From contig JAGCTE010000015.1 of assembly GCA_017963805.1 (NCBI GenBank), positions 122,350 to 186,349 on the forward strand: a stretch of DNA of 64,000 bases, in the 5' to 3' direction. Source of the stretch: a bacterium (GTDB lineage Bacteria > Auribacterota > UBA3054). The position numbers were made by a program, and so were the translations under genes. The notes under the pieces are model-generated. The model made no database searches. It saw only the letters and a program-made list of their open reading frames with translations, and had not been told where the DNA came from. This document shows, in pieces, positions 27,520 to 41,338 of this stretch (the first letter of the stretch is position 1; each line of letters begins with the position of its first letter).

Positions 27520-28194
27520 TTATTTAACGAGTCCGGCGAAGCCCATGAAGGCTATGGCTAATAGGGCGGCGGTAAGGAAGGCGATCGGCATTCCCCTGAA
27601 AGGCTTGGGGATCTCAACAAGCGCCAGACGCTCCCTGATGCCCGCCATCAGCATGAGGGCGAGTAGGAAGCCGCATCCGGCGCCAAACCCCTGCAGGACG
27701 CCGAACAGGAGGCTCATTGGGTGCCCGTAGCCCAACTGAACGCCGTTGATGGTGACGCCCTCGATGTTGAGGATCGTAACGCCCAATACGGCGCAGTTCG
27801 TCGTGATAAGGGGAAGGTAGATGCCCAAGGCCGCGTAAAGGGGCGGGGCGATCTTCTGGATGACCATCTCCACGAACTGCACAAGGGCCGCGATGACAAG
27901 GATGAAGGTGAGCGTCATCAGGTACCTAAGGTCGAAAGACTCAACATTCTGTCCGTTTCCGAAGATCTTGTAGAAGAGATTGCTCTCGGAGGGGTAGAGG
28001 AAGAAGTGATAGACCAGCCAGCAGACTACGCTCGCGAGAGTCATGACGAAGATGACGGCGAGCCCCATGCCCAAGGCCGACTTCTTCTCCGTGGAGACGC
28101 CGATGTACGGGCAGTAGCCCAAAAAGCGCGAGAAGATGAAGTTGTTGACAAGAACGACCGAGATGATGACCAAAAAGGCGGTGGCTAAGTTCAT
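27520..28194 (-). CDS. rnfA: Electron transport complex subunit RnfA
   Basis: 224 aa polytopic protein with FLGYCPYIGVS. Confidence 0.75.
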   Translation of the reverse strand: MNLATAFLVIISVVLVNNFIFSRFLGYCPYIGVSTEKKSALGMGLAVIFVMTLASVVCWLVYHFFLYPSESNLFYKIFGNGQNVESFDLRYLMTLTFILVIAALVQFVEMVIQKIAPPLYAALGIYLPLITTNCAVLGVTILNIEGVTINGVQLGYGHPMSLLFGVLQGFGAGCGFLLALMLMAGIRERLALVEIPKPFRGMPIAFLTAALLAIAFMGFAGLVK

Positions 28195-28784
28195 TTGGCC
28201 CTCCTTTGGGCTAGAACGTTACGCACGGCCATGACCAGGCCGAAAGTAAGGAGCGCGCCGGCGGGCAATATCATGATGCCGATGGGATCCCAGCCGGGAA
28301 CGACGGTGAGCCCGAACCATTTGTTGGCGCCCAAAACTTCCCTTACGGTCGCGATGATCGAGATGGCGATGAGGAAGCCGATGCCCATGCCCAGTCCGTC
28401 GAGCGCTGCTCTCAAAGGATTGTTCTTGGCGGCGAAAGCTTCCGCGCGGCCAAGGATGATGCAGTTCACGACGATCAGTTTGATGAACAAACCGATAGCC
28501 TTGCTCAGTTCAGGCGCGAAGCCCGCGATGAGCATGTCGACGACCGTCACCAAAAAGGCGATGACGATAATGTAGCAGGGGATCCTGATCTTGGAAGGCA
28601 CGAAGCTCTTGATCAAAGAAATGATGATGTTGGAGAAAGTCAGGACCGCGATGACTGAAAGTCCCATGCCCACGGCGTTCTTCATGCTGCCGCTCGTGGC
28701 GAGAGTCGGGCACAGGCCCAAGGATAGGACCAGGACGGGGTTCTTTTCCCAAATGCCTTTTAAAAATTCTTTGAAAAGACTCAT
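28191..28784 (-). CDS. rnfE: Electron transport complex subunit RnfE
   Basis: 197 aa. LGLCPTLATS motif. It is paralogous to RnfA. Confidence 0.75.
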   Translation of the reverse strand: MSLFKEFLKGIWEKNPVLVLSLGLCPTLATSGSMKNAVGMGLSVIAVLTFSNIIISLIKSFVPSKIRIPCYIIVIAFLVTVVDMLIAGFAPELSKAIGLFIKLIVVNCIILGRAEAFAAKNNPLRAALDGLGMGIGFLIAISIIATVREVLGANKWFGLTVVPGWDPIGIMILPAGALLTFGLVMAVRNVLAQRRAK

Positions 28785-29425
28785 AATTGTCCCTCCGCTT
28801 TAGCTTTCAGGAAGAGTTCTATTGGCTCTTTGACCGCTTTCGTGACAGCCGTGCTTGTGATCGTCGCGCCGGAAAGCGCTGTGATGTGTTTTTGATCCTT
28901 CGTCTTCACGACTATCAATTCTTCCGGCGTCTTGCCGGAAAATTGGGCCTGGAACCAGGGTATCTGGACTTCCTCCGATTTGTCTTCCTTCTTTGAGAAG
29001 AGTCCAGTGATCGCGCTGAATATCGTGTCGCTGCTTGGCAGCGCGTCGACTTCCGCGCCGAGGCCCGGAGTCTCGGCCTGCTCGAGCACCCTGATGGCGA
29101 CGACCTTGCCGTCTGGCTCGATGCCAGTCAGGACTTTGATCCTAGACTGGTAGCCGCCGACGGAGTAGAGCAGTTCGTAACCGATAACGTTTTTGCCTTC
29201 GTCGAAGACTTCGTAGTACTCGATCGTTTTGCCGTCGGTTTCAAGCTTTTTCAGTTCGCCGAAAGAGGAGGCGGAAGGGAAGGCCAGCTTCTGGCCCTCT
29301 TCAAGCCTTTTGCTCTGGGCTTCGGATATGGGTCCTTTGGTGATCCGGTCGACCAGGGAAAGCCCTACGCCGGCAACTCCGGCGATCAGTAGAAGGACTA
29401 AGCCGTAATGCAGAATCGTTTTCAT
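28781..29425 (-). CDS. rnfG: Electron transport complex subunit RnfG (FMN-binding)
   Basis: 214 aa. N-terminal TM helix and the FMN_bind-like LSGATITSTAV. Confidence 0.75.
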   Translation of the reverse strand: MKTILHYGLVLLLIAGVAGVGLSLVDRITKGPISEAQSKRLEEGQKLAFPSASSFGELKKLETDGKTIEYYEVFDEGKNVIGYELLYSVGGYQSRIKVLTGIEPDGKVVAIRVLEQAETPGLGAEVDALPSSDTIFSAITGLFSKKEDKSEEVQIPWFQAQFSGKTPEELIVVKTKDQKHITALSGATITSTAVTKAVKEPIELFLKAKAEGQL

Positions 29426-30462
29426 TTTTTGCCCGTCCCGAATACTCTGTTAGAAACAAGACCGTCTATAAGGGGCACCGTAGCGTTCATGATCAGAATG
29501 GAGTAGGAAACGCCCTCGGGATAACCGCCCCAGCGTCTTATTATGAAAGTCAAAAGTCCGCAGCCGAATCCGAAAATCAATTGCCCCTTGTGCGTCAGGG
29601 GAGAAGTGACCATGTCGGTCGCCATAAAGAAGGCGCCCAGCATCGCGCCGCCACTTAAGATCGCGAAAAGCGGATCTCCCTTGAAGAGGAAGGTCACGAC
29701 CGCCAGGGTAAGGAGGAAGCTTATGGGAATGTGCCAGCTGATGATGCCTCTTATGAGCAGGAAGAGACCGCCCAAAAGCAAAAGGACGGCCGATATCTCG
29801 CCGACGCAGCCTATGGCCCCTCTGCCGTAGCCGAAGGCGAGGTCAAGGTACATGCTGCCCTTCGAACCGAAAGCCTCAAGGAGAGCCTCCTGGCCGCCTT
29901 CTTTTAGCAGTCCCAGAGGCGTCGCCTGACTGACGGCGTCCACGGGATTGCCGAACTGCGCGCCCAAGGTCCAGCTCGTCATGTGCTTCGGGAAAGAGGC
30001 GAGCAGGAAAGCGCGCCCGATCAAAGCCGGGTTGAAGATGTTGCAGCCCAATCCTCCGAAGCACTGCTTGACGATCACGACCGCGACGGCCGTGCCGAGC
30101 ATCGGCATCCACAAAGGAATGGTCGGCGGAACGTTGAAGGCGACAAGAAGGCCGGTCAGGGCCGCGCTGCCGTCCCAGCAGGACTTAACAGGCTGCTTCC
30201 TTATTTTGAGGCAGGCCGCTTCGCAGACCATGGCGAAAAGAACGCAGACGACGGTCAGCTTGACCGCCATGAGGCCGAAGATGACGTAGCTCCAGATCAA
30301 AGCCGGCAGCAGCGCCAAAAAGACCGTCCACATGACTTTCGGGACGGAGTCTCCAGACCTGATGTGCGGCGAGGAGGAAAGTTTGAGAAGTTTGTTTTCC
30401 ATATCTTTAGACTGTTGTGATTGCGAATGGGGGAGCGAAGAGGCTAACCTTCTGCTTGCCAA
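29422..30462 (-). CDS. rnfD: Electron transport complex subunit RnfD
   Basis: 346 aa polytopic protein with SSSPHIRS near the N-terminus and FMATDMVTSP. Confidence 0.8.
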   Translation of the reverse strand: MASRRLASSLPHSQSQQSKDMENKLLKLSSSPHIRSGDSVPKVMWTVFLALLPALIWSYVIFGLMAVKLTVVCVLFAMVCEAACLKIRKQPVKSCWDGSAALTGLLVAFNVPPTIPLWMPMLGTAVAVVIVKQCFGGLGCNIFNPALIGRAFLLASFPKHMTSWTLGAQFGNPVDAVSQATPLGLLKEGGQEALLEAFGSKGSMYLDLAFGYGRGAIGCVGEISAVLLLLGGLFLLIRGIISWHIPISFLLTLAVVTFLFKGDPLFAILSGGAMLGAFFMATDMVTSPLTHKGQLIFGFGCGLLTFIIRRWGGYPEGVSYSILIMNATVPLIDGLVSNRVFGTGKK

Positions 30463-30898
30463 AAAGGGAAGCGAATTCTTCCGCGAAAGGGAAGGACTCT
30501 TTTTGAAGTTCTCTCAGGGGTGCCAGGACGAAAAGCCTTTCCTTCATTCTGGGATGGGGGATAGTCAGTTCTTCGGAACTTGTTTCGACGTTTCCCATCG
30601 AGAGGATGTCTATGTCAATTGGCCGCGGCTCGTTCAGGACAAGCTTTTCCTTTCTGCCGAGCGTTTTCTCGATCTCTTTTGTGAAACGTAGCAATTCTAC
30701 TGGCTCCATAGCGCACTCGAAGGAGCAGACCGCGTTGAGAAACGCGCCGCTTCCGCTTGGACAGTCCACGGGCGCGGTCTCCCAAACAGAGGAGCAGGAA
30801 ACGAAAGAGAGCCTGGAGCGCAGTTTCTCCACCGCGCTTTTCAGATTCTCCAAGCGGTCTCCCAGATTGGAGCCGAGACTGAGAAAAACTAGACTCAT
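30407..30898 (-). CDS. folK: 2-amino-4-hydroxy-6-hydroxymethyldihydropteridine pyrophosphokinase (HPPK)
   Basis: Starts at the internal Met (MSLVFLSLGSNLGDR) and contains WGPRPIDIDIL. Its start overlaps the aminotransferase stop (ATGA). The upstream extension in the ORF track is discounted. Confidence 0.85.
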   Translation of the reverse strand: MSLVFLSLGSNLGDRLENLKSAVEKLRSRLSFVSCSSVWETAPVDCPSGSGAFLNAVCSFECAMEPVELLRFTKEIEKTLGRKEKLVLNEPRPIDIDILSMGNVETSSEELTIPHPRMKERLFVLAPLRELQKESFPFAEEFASLFGKQKVSLFAPPFAITTV

Positions 30899-32067
30899 TT
30901 GTAGATGTTGAGCTTTTTGATCCTTTCCACCGCTTCGAGGAGTCTTTCCTTGGGAGCGGTCAAAGTCATTCTTATGTAGCCTTCGCCGGAGGGGCCGAAG
31001 CCGTTGCCGGGCGTAGCCACGACCGCCGCTTCTTTCAAGAGCTTCATGGTGGTCTCCTTGCTGGTCATGCCTTTGGGAACCGGCGCCCAGACGTAGAAAG
31101 CGGCCTGGCTCGGCTTCACGGGGCAGCCCAGAGCCTGCAGGCCTTTCACCAGCGCGTCCCTTCTCTCCTGGTAAGTCCTGAGCAGCTCCTCGCGCCAACT
31201 CTGGTCGCCCGTCAGCGCTTCCACGGCAGCGTCCTGGACGGCGCCGAAGATGCCGGAGTCCAAGTTGCCCTTGATGCGGGAGAGCCCGGCCACAAGGGAG
31301 GGGTTGCCCACCGCGAAGGCCACTCTCCAGCCGGTCATGTTGTAAGTCTTGGAGAGCGAGTAGTACTCCACGCAGTATTCCTTGGCGCCTTCCACTTCCA
31401 AAAAGGAGTGGGGCTTGATGCCGTCGTAGTAGACGTCGGCGTAGGCCGCGTCGTGGGCGATGATGATATTGTATTTCTTTGCGAAATCCAGGGCTTTCTT
31501 GTAGAAGCTAAGAGGCGCTGTGACGGCGATGGGGTTGTTGGGGTAGCACAGGAACATCATCTTCGCCCTTTGCGCGATCTCTTCCGGGATAGCGTCAAGG
31601 TCGGGGAGATAATCGTTCTCTTCCTTCAAAGGCATGTAGTACGTTTCCGCGTCCGCGAAAAGCGTGCCGGAATGATAGACCGGATATCCCGGTTCCGGAA
31701 CGAGGACTATGTCGCCGGGGTTGACGAAAGCAAGGTGGATGTGCCCGATGCCTTCCTTGGAACCAAGAAGCGGCATGATCTCGGTGTTGGGGTCAAGAGT
31801 CACGCCGAAACGCGTCTTGTAATAGGCGGCGCAGGCTTCCCTAAGCGTCTGCTTGCCGTTATCAAGGGCGTACTGATGGTTGGCCGGGTTCAGCGCGGCC
31901 TTCCTCAAAGCCTCCACGATATGCGGCGGAGTGGGCAGGTCGGGGTCGCCAACGCCCAAATTGATGACGTCGGCGCCGGACTTTTTCAGTTCGCTCTTCA
32001 GGGCGTCGATCTCTTTGAAGAGATACGGCGGCAGAAGAGAAAGTCTTTTTGAAAGTGGAAAATCCAT
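30895..32067 (-). CDS. Class I/II PLP aminotransferase (LL-diaminopimelate aminotransferase DapL-like)
   Basis: 390 aa. Has GVGDPDLPTP, YPNNPIAV and SLSKTYNMTGWRVAF (PLP-lysine region). Confidence 0.7.
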   Translation of the reverse strand: MDFPLSKRLSLLPPYLFKEIDALKSELKKSGADVINLGVGDPDLPTPPHIVEALRKAALNPANHQYALDNGKQTLREACAAYYKTRFGVTLDPNTEIMPLLGSKEGIGHIHLAFVNPGDIVLVPEPGYPVYHSGTLFADAETYYMPLKEENDYLPDLDAIPEEIAQRAKMMFLCYPNNPIAVTAPLSFYKKALDFAKKYNIIIAHDAAYADVYYDGIKPHSFLEVEGAKEYCVEYYSLSKTYNMTGWRVAFAVGNPSLVAGLSRIKGNLDSGIFGAVQDAAVEALTGDQSWREELLRTYQERRDALVKGLQALGCPVKPSQAAFYVWAPVPKGMTSKETTMKLLKEAAVVATPGNGFGPSGEGYIRMTLTAPKERLLEAVERIKKLNIYK

Positions 32068-32124
32068 TTTGTTCCTTTATTATTCGGTTATTTATGAAAT
32101 TATATCATAACCGCCCTTGCTTAG

Positions 32125-32322
32125 TCGCGAACGCGGCATATACCCCTCGCTCACGGACTACGCGTGAAGTGCGCGCCAGCACATATCCCCCGCTCACGGA
32201 CTACGCGTGCATGGCCTTGATTTGCGTCCTCCGTGAGTTCGCTTGGGGATATGTGCTTAGCGCGCACTGCAAATTACTTGCGTCCTCCGTGAGTTCGCTT
32301 AGGGGTATATGCCGCGTTCGCA
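32125..32322. repeat. ~200-bp nearly perfect nested palindrome (long hairpin) in a divergent intergenic region
   Basis: Outer arms GCGAACGCGGCATATACCCCT and AGGGGTATATGCCGCGTTCGC. Inner arms AGCACATATCCCC and GGGGATATGTGCT. CGCTCACGGACTACGCGTG is repeated twice on one side, with imperfect reverse complements on the other. Confidence 0.7.
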
Positions 32323-32388
32323 CTCGACTCCGCGGCCGCAGGCCAATTTGTTATAATGTTATGGATAACCAACCGAATGGATTGACGA

Positions 32389-33356
32389 TGAGGAAGATTT
32401 CTTTGCTCATGGCGCTCTGCGTATCTATGGCTGTTTTGTCGGCGCAGGCCGTGATCGATCTTAAGGGGAAACTCAGGATAGAAGTGCTGGACGAGGAAAA
32501 CGGTTCGCCTGTCCCGGGCTATGAGTTTTCCGTCAGCGAGGATTACAACCACACCAAGATCATTTCCACGGTCAAAACTGATATCAACGGCTGGGGTTGG
32601 GGCAAAAAGCTGAAACCCGGCGAATACTACATCTTCAACAGCGGGACTTCCGGCGGCTACGCTCCCTACGAAGGCGGCGGAGCTTTCTCTTTCCCCGCGG
32701 CCGGCACTTCCATGGTCTTCAAAGTCAAAAGCGGCAACAAGGCCGCGCTGATAGATCCGCCGGGATCGGAGTGCACTTTGAAGATGTCGGCCATTGTTAC
32801 GGACGAGACGCTGGGAAGGATAGATGCCGACAGCGAGCACAGATTTTTCGTCAGCTGCAAAGGCAACATCTTTTCCGATGGCTTCTGCATTATTCCTAAG
32901 GGCTCCGACGGATATTTGAAAGGCAAGGACATAAGCTTGAATTTCAAGCGCAAAAAAACCACGCTGACTTTCAAGATCGGCCCGGCTTACGCGAACAATT
33001 ATTTCAATTTGGGAACTTATTCTGAAGACACCCCCTTTGTCGAGGAACTGCTTCCGGTAAATAATTTCTCCGGAAAAAACACCAACGTTCACAACCAGGA
33101 CAAAGATCCTTTCAACAACAGCACGGTGACCTTCCGCCACGGCTGGGTCAAGGAACCGGCAATGCTCGGAGGCATGAGTTTCAAATTTACCGACAAGGGC
33201 AGCCAGTATTCCTGCGATGAAACCACGACTGTGGAAGGAATGAAAGTCACGCTCAAGGCTTCCGTTGGCAAGAAGAATCACAAACTTAAACTGACCATGA
33301 AGGCTTATGACTGCATAGGCTGCAATTTCCGGTTTACGAAAAACGAAGACAAATAA
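32389..33356 (+). CDS. Hypothetical secreted protein
   Basis: Starts at the internal Met (MRKISLLMALCVSMAVLSAQA, a signal peptide). The long upstream extension of ORF 32049..33356 runs through the palindrome and is discounted. Confidence 0.5.
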
Positions 33357-33384
33357 GCAATTAACACAACACAAAGGAACGATC

Positions 33385-33819
33385 ATGAAAAAAATTGCAT
33401 TAGCGGCGCTGCTTTTTGGCGTACTCATCCTCACGGGCTGCTCCGGCCTTTCGATCCAGGAAAAACAGTCCTACAGAAGCTTGCAGTCCCAGGGCATCAC
33501 CATCGACCATCCGATCGGATTGTGGGAAAAACCCGCCAGCCCTGTGGCCGCCGGTTTTCTTAACCTGCTTCCCGGCTGCGGCAACTTTTATCTGGCCTGC
33601 GGCAACGCCGGCGACAGCGAGCACTTTGTGCTGGGCTTCGTCAACATGCTGTTCTGGCCCTTCTCCGCTGTCTGGGGCATTCCCGAAGCGGTGGTGGACG
33701 CGGACAACATCAACAAGCGCGACATGATCCACTTCTACACCTTCGACATCGGCGGCGAGGAAGCCCTGGCCGAAAGAGGCTTGCAGATGAACAAGCGCGC
33801 GCAGGTGGAAAGGAAATAA
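33385..33819 (+). CDS. Hypothetical lipoprotein
   Basis: 144 aa. Signal peptide with lipobox ILTGCSG. Confidence 0.5.
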   Translation: MKKIALAALLFGVLILTGCSGLSIQEKQSYRSLQSQGITIDHPIGLWEKPASPVAAGFLNLLPGCGNFYLACGNAGDSEHFVLGFVNMLFWPFSAVWGIPEAVVDADNINKRDMIHFYTFDIGGEEALAERGLQMNKRAQVERK

Positions 33820-33840
33820 CTTTCGCTTGAACGCCGAAAC

Positions 33841-33876
33841 AAAAAAGCCCGCGGAGTTCCGCGGGCTTTTTTGTTG
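33841..33876. terminator. Bidirectional rho-independent terminator
   Basis: AAAAAA, then GCCCGCGGAGTTCCGCGGGC, then TTTTTT. It lies between convergent genes. Confidence 0.65.
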
Positions 33877-33883
33877 CGTTTGA

Positions 33884-35281
33884 TCAGCGTTCCCTGGGCG
33901 GAGCCTGGTGGACGCAGAGCTTGTGGATCATGTGGGCCGCTTCCATGACGCCTTCGGCTAGGCTGGGATGAGCGTGGATGACGTCGCCCAGCTGCTTGGC
34001 GGTCATCTTCTGGGAAACGGCCAGCGCCAATTCCGCGATGATGTCGGAAGCGTGCGCGCCCATTACCTGGGCGCCTAAAAGCTCGTCGGTTTTGGCATCG
34101 GCGATGAGGCGGAAGAAGCCTTCCGTTTCGCCCATGGCCATGGCTTTCCCCAAGGCGCCGATGGGGAACTGCGCGATGGTCACCTCGTGGCCCGATTCCA
34201 CGGCCTTCGGTTCGGAGAGGCCGACGGAAGCGATCTCGGGGACCGTGAAGATGCAGCTTGGCACCACGCCATAATCGATGGTCTCGTCAAAGCCTGCGCA
34301 GTTTTCCGCGGCCACCAGCCCCTGGGCCGTGGCGACGTGCGCCAAAAGGATCTTGCCGGTGATGTCGCCGATGGCGTAGATGTTGGGGACTTTGGTGCGC
34401 ATTTTTTCGTTGACGGAAATGAAGCCGCGCTCCGTTTCGATGCCGACCTTGTCGAGGCCGATATCCGCGGTGTTCATGCTGCGGCCGATGGCCACCAGCA
34501 TCTTTTCCGCTTCGATAGTCGTTTCGCCGACCTTGCCTGTCACGCCGTTTTCCGTTACCGCGATATCCGAAATGCCTGTTCCCAGCATGACTTCGATCTT
34601 GCGTTTCTTGAAGGCTCTGAGAATGTGCTTGGATATTTCGGGATCTTCCAGCGGCAGTAGACGGTCGAGCATTTCCACGATCGTGACTTTCGTTCCGCAT
34701 TCCGCCAGGATGCCGGCGAATTCGCAGCCGACTACGCCGCCGCCTATTATTATGACGGAGGAGGGGAGGGAAGTCTGGGAGAGGAAAGTTTTGCTCTCAA
34801 CTATTTTTTCGTCGTCGAAGGGAATGAAGCGGGGACGGGCGGATTCGCTGCCGGTCGCGATGATGCAGTTTTTGAATTCAACCGTTTCAATTCCGTCGGC
34901 TGTCTCAACTTCAGCGTGGTTCTGATCGATGAGGCGGGCCTTGCCCATGACGGTTTTTACGCCGTGAGCCTTGAGGAGTTGGGCGATGCCGCCCGTCAGT
35001 TTCTTGACGACGCCGTCCTTTCTTTCAATGGCTTTGGCGTAGTCGATGACCGCGCCTTCCGGAGCGTTCACGCCGAAAGCGGCGGCGTTCTTGACGGTAT
35101 GGAAAGCTTCCGCGGAGGCCACCAAGGCTTTGGTGGGAATGCAGCCCCAGTTGAGGCAGGTCCCGCCCACGGCGGTCCTTTCGGCTATGACAACATTGAG
35201 CCCGCGCTGAGCGGCTCTTATCGCCGCGGGATATCCGCCCGGACCGGCGCCCATTACGAAAACATCACAAGTGTAAGGCAT
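33884..35281 (-). CDS. lpdA: Dihydrolipoyl dehydrogenase
   Basis: FAD-binding GAGPGGY, redox-active GGTCLNWGCIPTK, and an NAD-binding GGGVVG. The start is taken at MPYTCDVFVMG. Confidence 0.9.
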   Translation of the reverse strand: MPYTCDVFVMGAGPGGYPAAIRAAQRGLNVVIAERTAVGGTCLNWGCIPTKALVASAEAFHTVKNAAAFGVNAPEGAVIDYAKAIERKDGVVKKLTGGIAQLLKAHGVKTVMGKARLIDQNHAEVETADGIETVEFKNCIIATGSESARPRFIPFDDEKIVESKTFLSQTSLPSSVIIIGGGVVGCEFAGILAECGTKVTIVEMLDRLLPLEDPEISKHILRAFKKRKIEVMLGTGISDIAVTENGVTGKVGETTIEAEKMLVAIGRSMNTADIGLDKVGIETERGFISVNEKMRTKVPNIYAIGDITGKILLAHVATAQGLVAAENCAGFDETIDYGVVPSCIFTVPEIASVGLSEPKAVESGHEVTIAQFPIGALGKAMAMGETEGFFRLIADAKTDELLGAQVMGAHASDIIAELALAVSQKMTAKQLGDVIHAHPSLAEGVMEAAHMIHKLCVHQAPPRER

Positions 35282-35300
35282 GGTTTTAAAGTTTGTATGG

Positions 35301-39304
<4,004 letters not shown>

Positions 39305-39496
39305 AGTCTCGGATAGATTTGGTAATAATGATTCATTATACTATTATCGCCCGTCCGGTGCCAACACCAAAAATGGGGAGAGGGATTTATATTATCCTAT
39401 TGAAATAGGATTTCTTATTTGATACCATATCTGTCCGGATATTTTGAAAATAAGAAACACAGAGAAATACACAACGATCCAAGGAGACAAAGCAAA

Positions 39497-40846
39497 ATGA
39501 ACGCCTACGTTCAAAGCGTCATCGAAAAAGTTAAGGCGAAATATCCGCATCAGCCGGAATTCTGCCAGACCGTGGAGGAGGTTTTGACCTCGCTTGAACC
39601 CGTTATCGCGAGCGATCCCGCCTACGAGCAGGCTGACATCTTAGGCAGGATGGTGGAGCCTGAAAGAATGTTCACTTTCCGCGTCGTCTGGACGGACGAC
39701 AACGGAAAAGTGCACACCAACACCGGCTACCGCTGCCAGTTCAACGGCGCCATCGGCCCCTACAAGGGCGGCTTGCGCTTCCATCCCTCCGTTTATCCCG
39801 GCATCATCCGTTTCTTAGGATTCGAGCAGACTTTCAAGAACGCCCTGACCGGCCAGCCTATTGGCGGCGCCAAGGGCGGCTCCGACTTCGACCCCAAAGG
39901 GAGGAGCGACGCGGAAGTGATGCGTTTCTGCCAGAGCTTCATGACGGCCCTCTACCGCTACATCGGACCGGACATTGACGTCCCGGCCGGCGACATCGGA
40001 GTGGGCGGCCGCGAGATCGGCTTCCTTTACGGCCAGTACCGCAGGCTGAAAGGCGCCTTCGAGAACGGCGTCCTGACGGGCAAGGGTCTGACTTACGGCG
40101 GCTCCCTCATCCGCCCGGAAGCGACCGGCTACGGCGCGATCTATTACCTCAACGAAGTCCTGAAGCACGAAAAAGATTCCCTTAAAGGCAAGACCATCGT
40201 GAGTTCCGGCTACGGCAACGTGACGTGGGGTATCTGCAAGAAAGCCGCCGAATTGGGCGCCAAGGTCATCACCATTTCCGGCTCCCAGGGCTATATCCTC
40301 GACGAAGAAGGCGTCACCACTCCCGAAAAGATCGACTTCCTTCTCAAGATGCGCGCCGCCAATGACAAGAACATCAAGGCTTACGCCGACAAGTTCGGCG
40401 CCAAGTTCTTCCCGAAAGAGAAACCCTGGGGAATAAAGGGCGACATCGTCATGCCCGCCGCCACCCAGAACGAAGTTGACGTTCCCGAGGCCAAAAAGAT
40501 CGTCGCCAACGGCACGAAGTACTACATTGAGGTCTCCAATATGCCCACCACCAACGAAGCTCTCAACTACCTGAGAGGCGAGAAGGGCATAGTGGTCGCC
40601 CCCTCCAAGGCCGCGAACGCCGGCGGCGTCGGCGTCTCCGCCCTGGAAATGTCCCAGAACAGCGAGCGCCTCAATTGGACCGCCGAGGAAGTGGACGAGA
40701 AGCTGGCCGTCATGATGAAGAACATCCACGACGCTTCCGCCGAAGCCGCGGAAGAATACGGCTTGGGCTACGACCTTGTGGCCGGCGCCAACATCGCCGG
40801 TTTCAAGAAAGTCGCGACCGCCATGCTGGAACAGGGCCTCTTCTAA
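39497..40846 (+). CDS. gdhA: Glutamate dehydrogenase (NADP-type)
   Basis: KGGLRFHPSV, GGAKGGSDFDPKG and the dinucleotide-binding GYGNV. The start is taken at MNAYVQSV. Confidence 0.9.
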   Translation: MNAYVQSVIEKVKAKYPHQPEFCQTVEEVLTSLEPVIASDPAYEQADILGRMVEPERMFTFRVVWTDDNGKVHTNTGYRCQFNGAIGPYKGGLRFHPSVYPGIIRFLGFEQTFKNALTGQPIGGAKGGSDFDPKGRSDAEVMRFCQSFMTALYRYIGPDIDVPAGDIGVGGREIGFLYGQYRRLKGAFENGVLTGKGLTYGGSLIRPEATGYGAIYYLNEVLKHEKDSLKGKTIVSSGYGNVTWGICKKAAELGAKVITISGSQGYILDEEGVTTPEKIDFLLKMRAANDKNIKAYADKFGAKFFPKEKPWGIKGDIVMPAATQNEVDVPEAKKIVANGTKYYIEVSNMPTTNEALNYLRGEKGIVVAPSKAANAGGVGVSALEMSQNSERLNWTAEEVDEKLAVMMKNIHDASAEAAEEYGLGYDLVAGANIAGFKKVATAMLEQGLF

Positions 40847-40946
40847 GGGGAAGAGGCTCTTGATTTTTAAAAAAGCTTGTGATACCATTATCAGCACCAT
40901 TTGAAAATTTTCGAAACATTTAACTAAGTAAAAACCAAGTTCATCT

Positions 40947-41207
40947 ATGCCTTCACATCAGCATCGCGTCAAAAGCCTCAAGCAGGCTGCCGTACGTCAG
41001 GAACGCAACACGCAGGTCAAATCCCGCGTGAAGACCATGTCCAAGAAAGTCTCTCCCGAGAGCCAGGATCTCGAGAAAGATCTGCGCAACGCTATCTCCA
41101 CGGTTGCCAAAGCTTCGCAGCTCGGCGTTCTTCATCGCAAGGCCGCCAGCCGTCGCATCTCCCGCTTGGCCAAACGCGCCAACAAGATCCAGGCCGAGAA
41201 AGCCTGA
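40947..41207 (+). CDS. rpsT: 30S ribosomal protein S20
   Basis: 86 aa, basic and helical, with a typical S20 N-terminus (HRVKSLKQAAVRQERN). Confidence 0.85.
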   Translation: MPSHQHRVKSLKQAAVRQERNTQVKSRVKTMSKKVSPESQDLEKDLRNAISTVAKASQLGVLHRKAASRRISRLAKRANKIQAEKA

Positions 41208-41338
41208 CTTCTTCTTATCATAGACGTCCCAAAAGGGCCGCATAAGCTTTTGCCTGCCGCGTGTGGGGAAGAACTTGTGCGGTCTTTTTTTATTCGCTAG
41301 TAATAAACAAAATAACCATAAGCTTAGAGAGGTCCACC

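Noticed and set aside
30899-31198. Upstream extensions of folK (30899..31198), of lpdA (35282..35356) and of batE (43504..43629)
   Set aside because: These extensions are Arg/Pro-rich low-complexity and overlap the neighbouring gene. The internal Met starts give the canonical N-termini.
32100-32340. Palindromic repeat considered as a CRISPR array
   Set aside because: It has only two inverted arm pairs with no regularly spaced direct repeats or spacers, and there are no cas genes nearby.
32049-32388. N-terminal extension of ORF 32049..33356 reading through the palindrome
   Set aside because: Translation of the palindromic repeat gives low-complexity sequence. A proper signal peptide begins at the Met at 32389.
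39815-40900. 361-aa minus-strand ORF
   Set aside because: It is antisense to gdhA, which has strong GGAKGG and Rossmann motifs.
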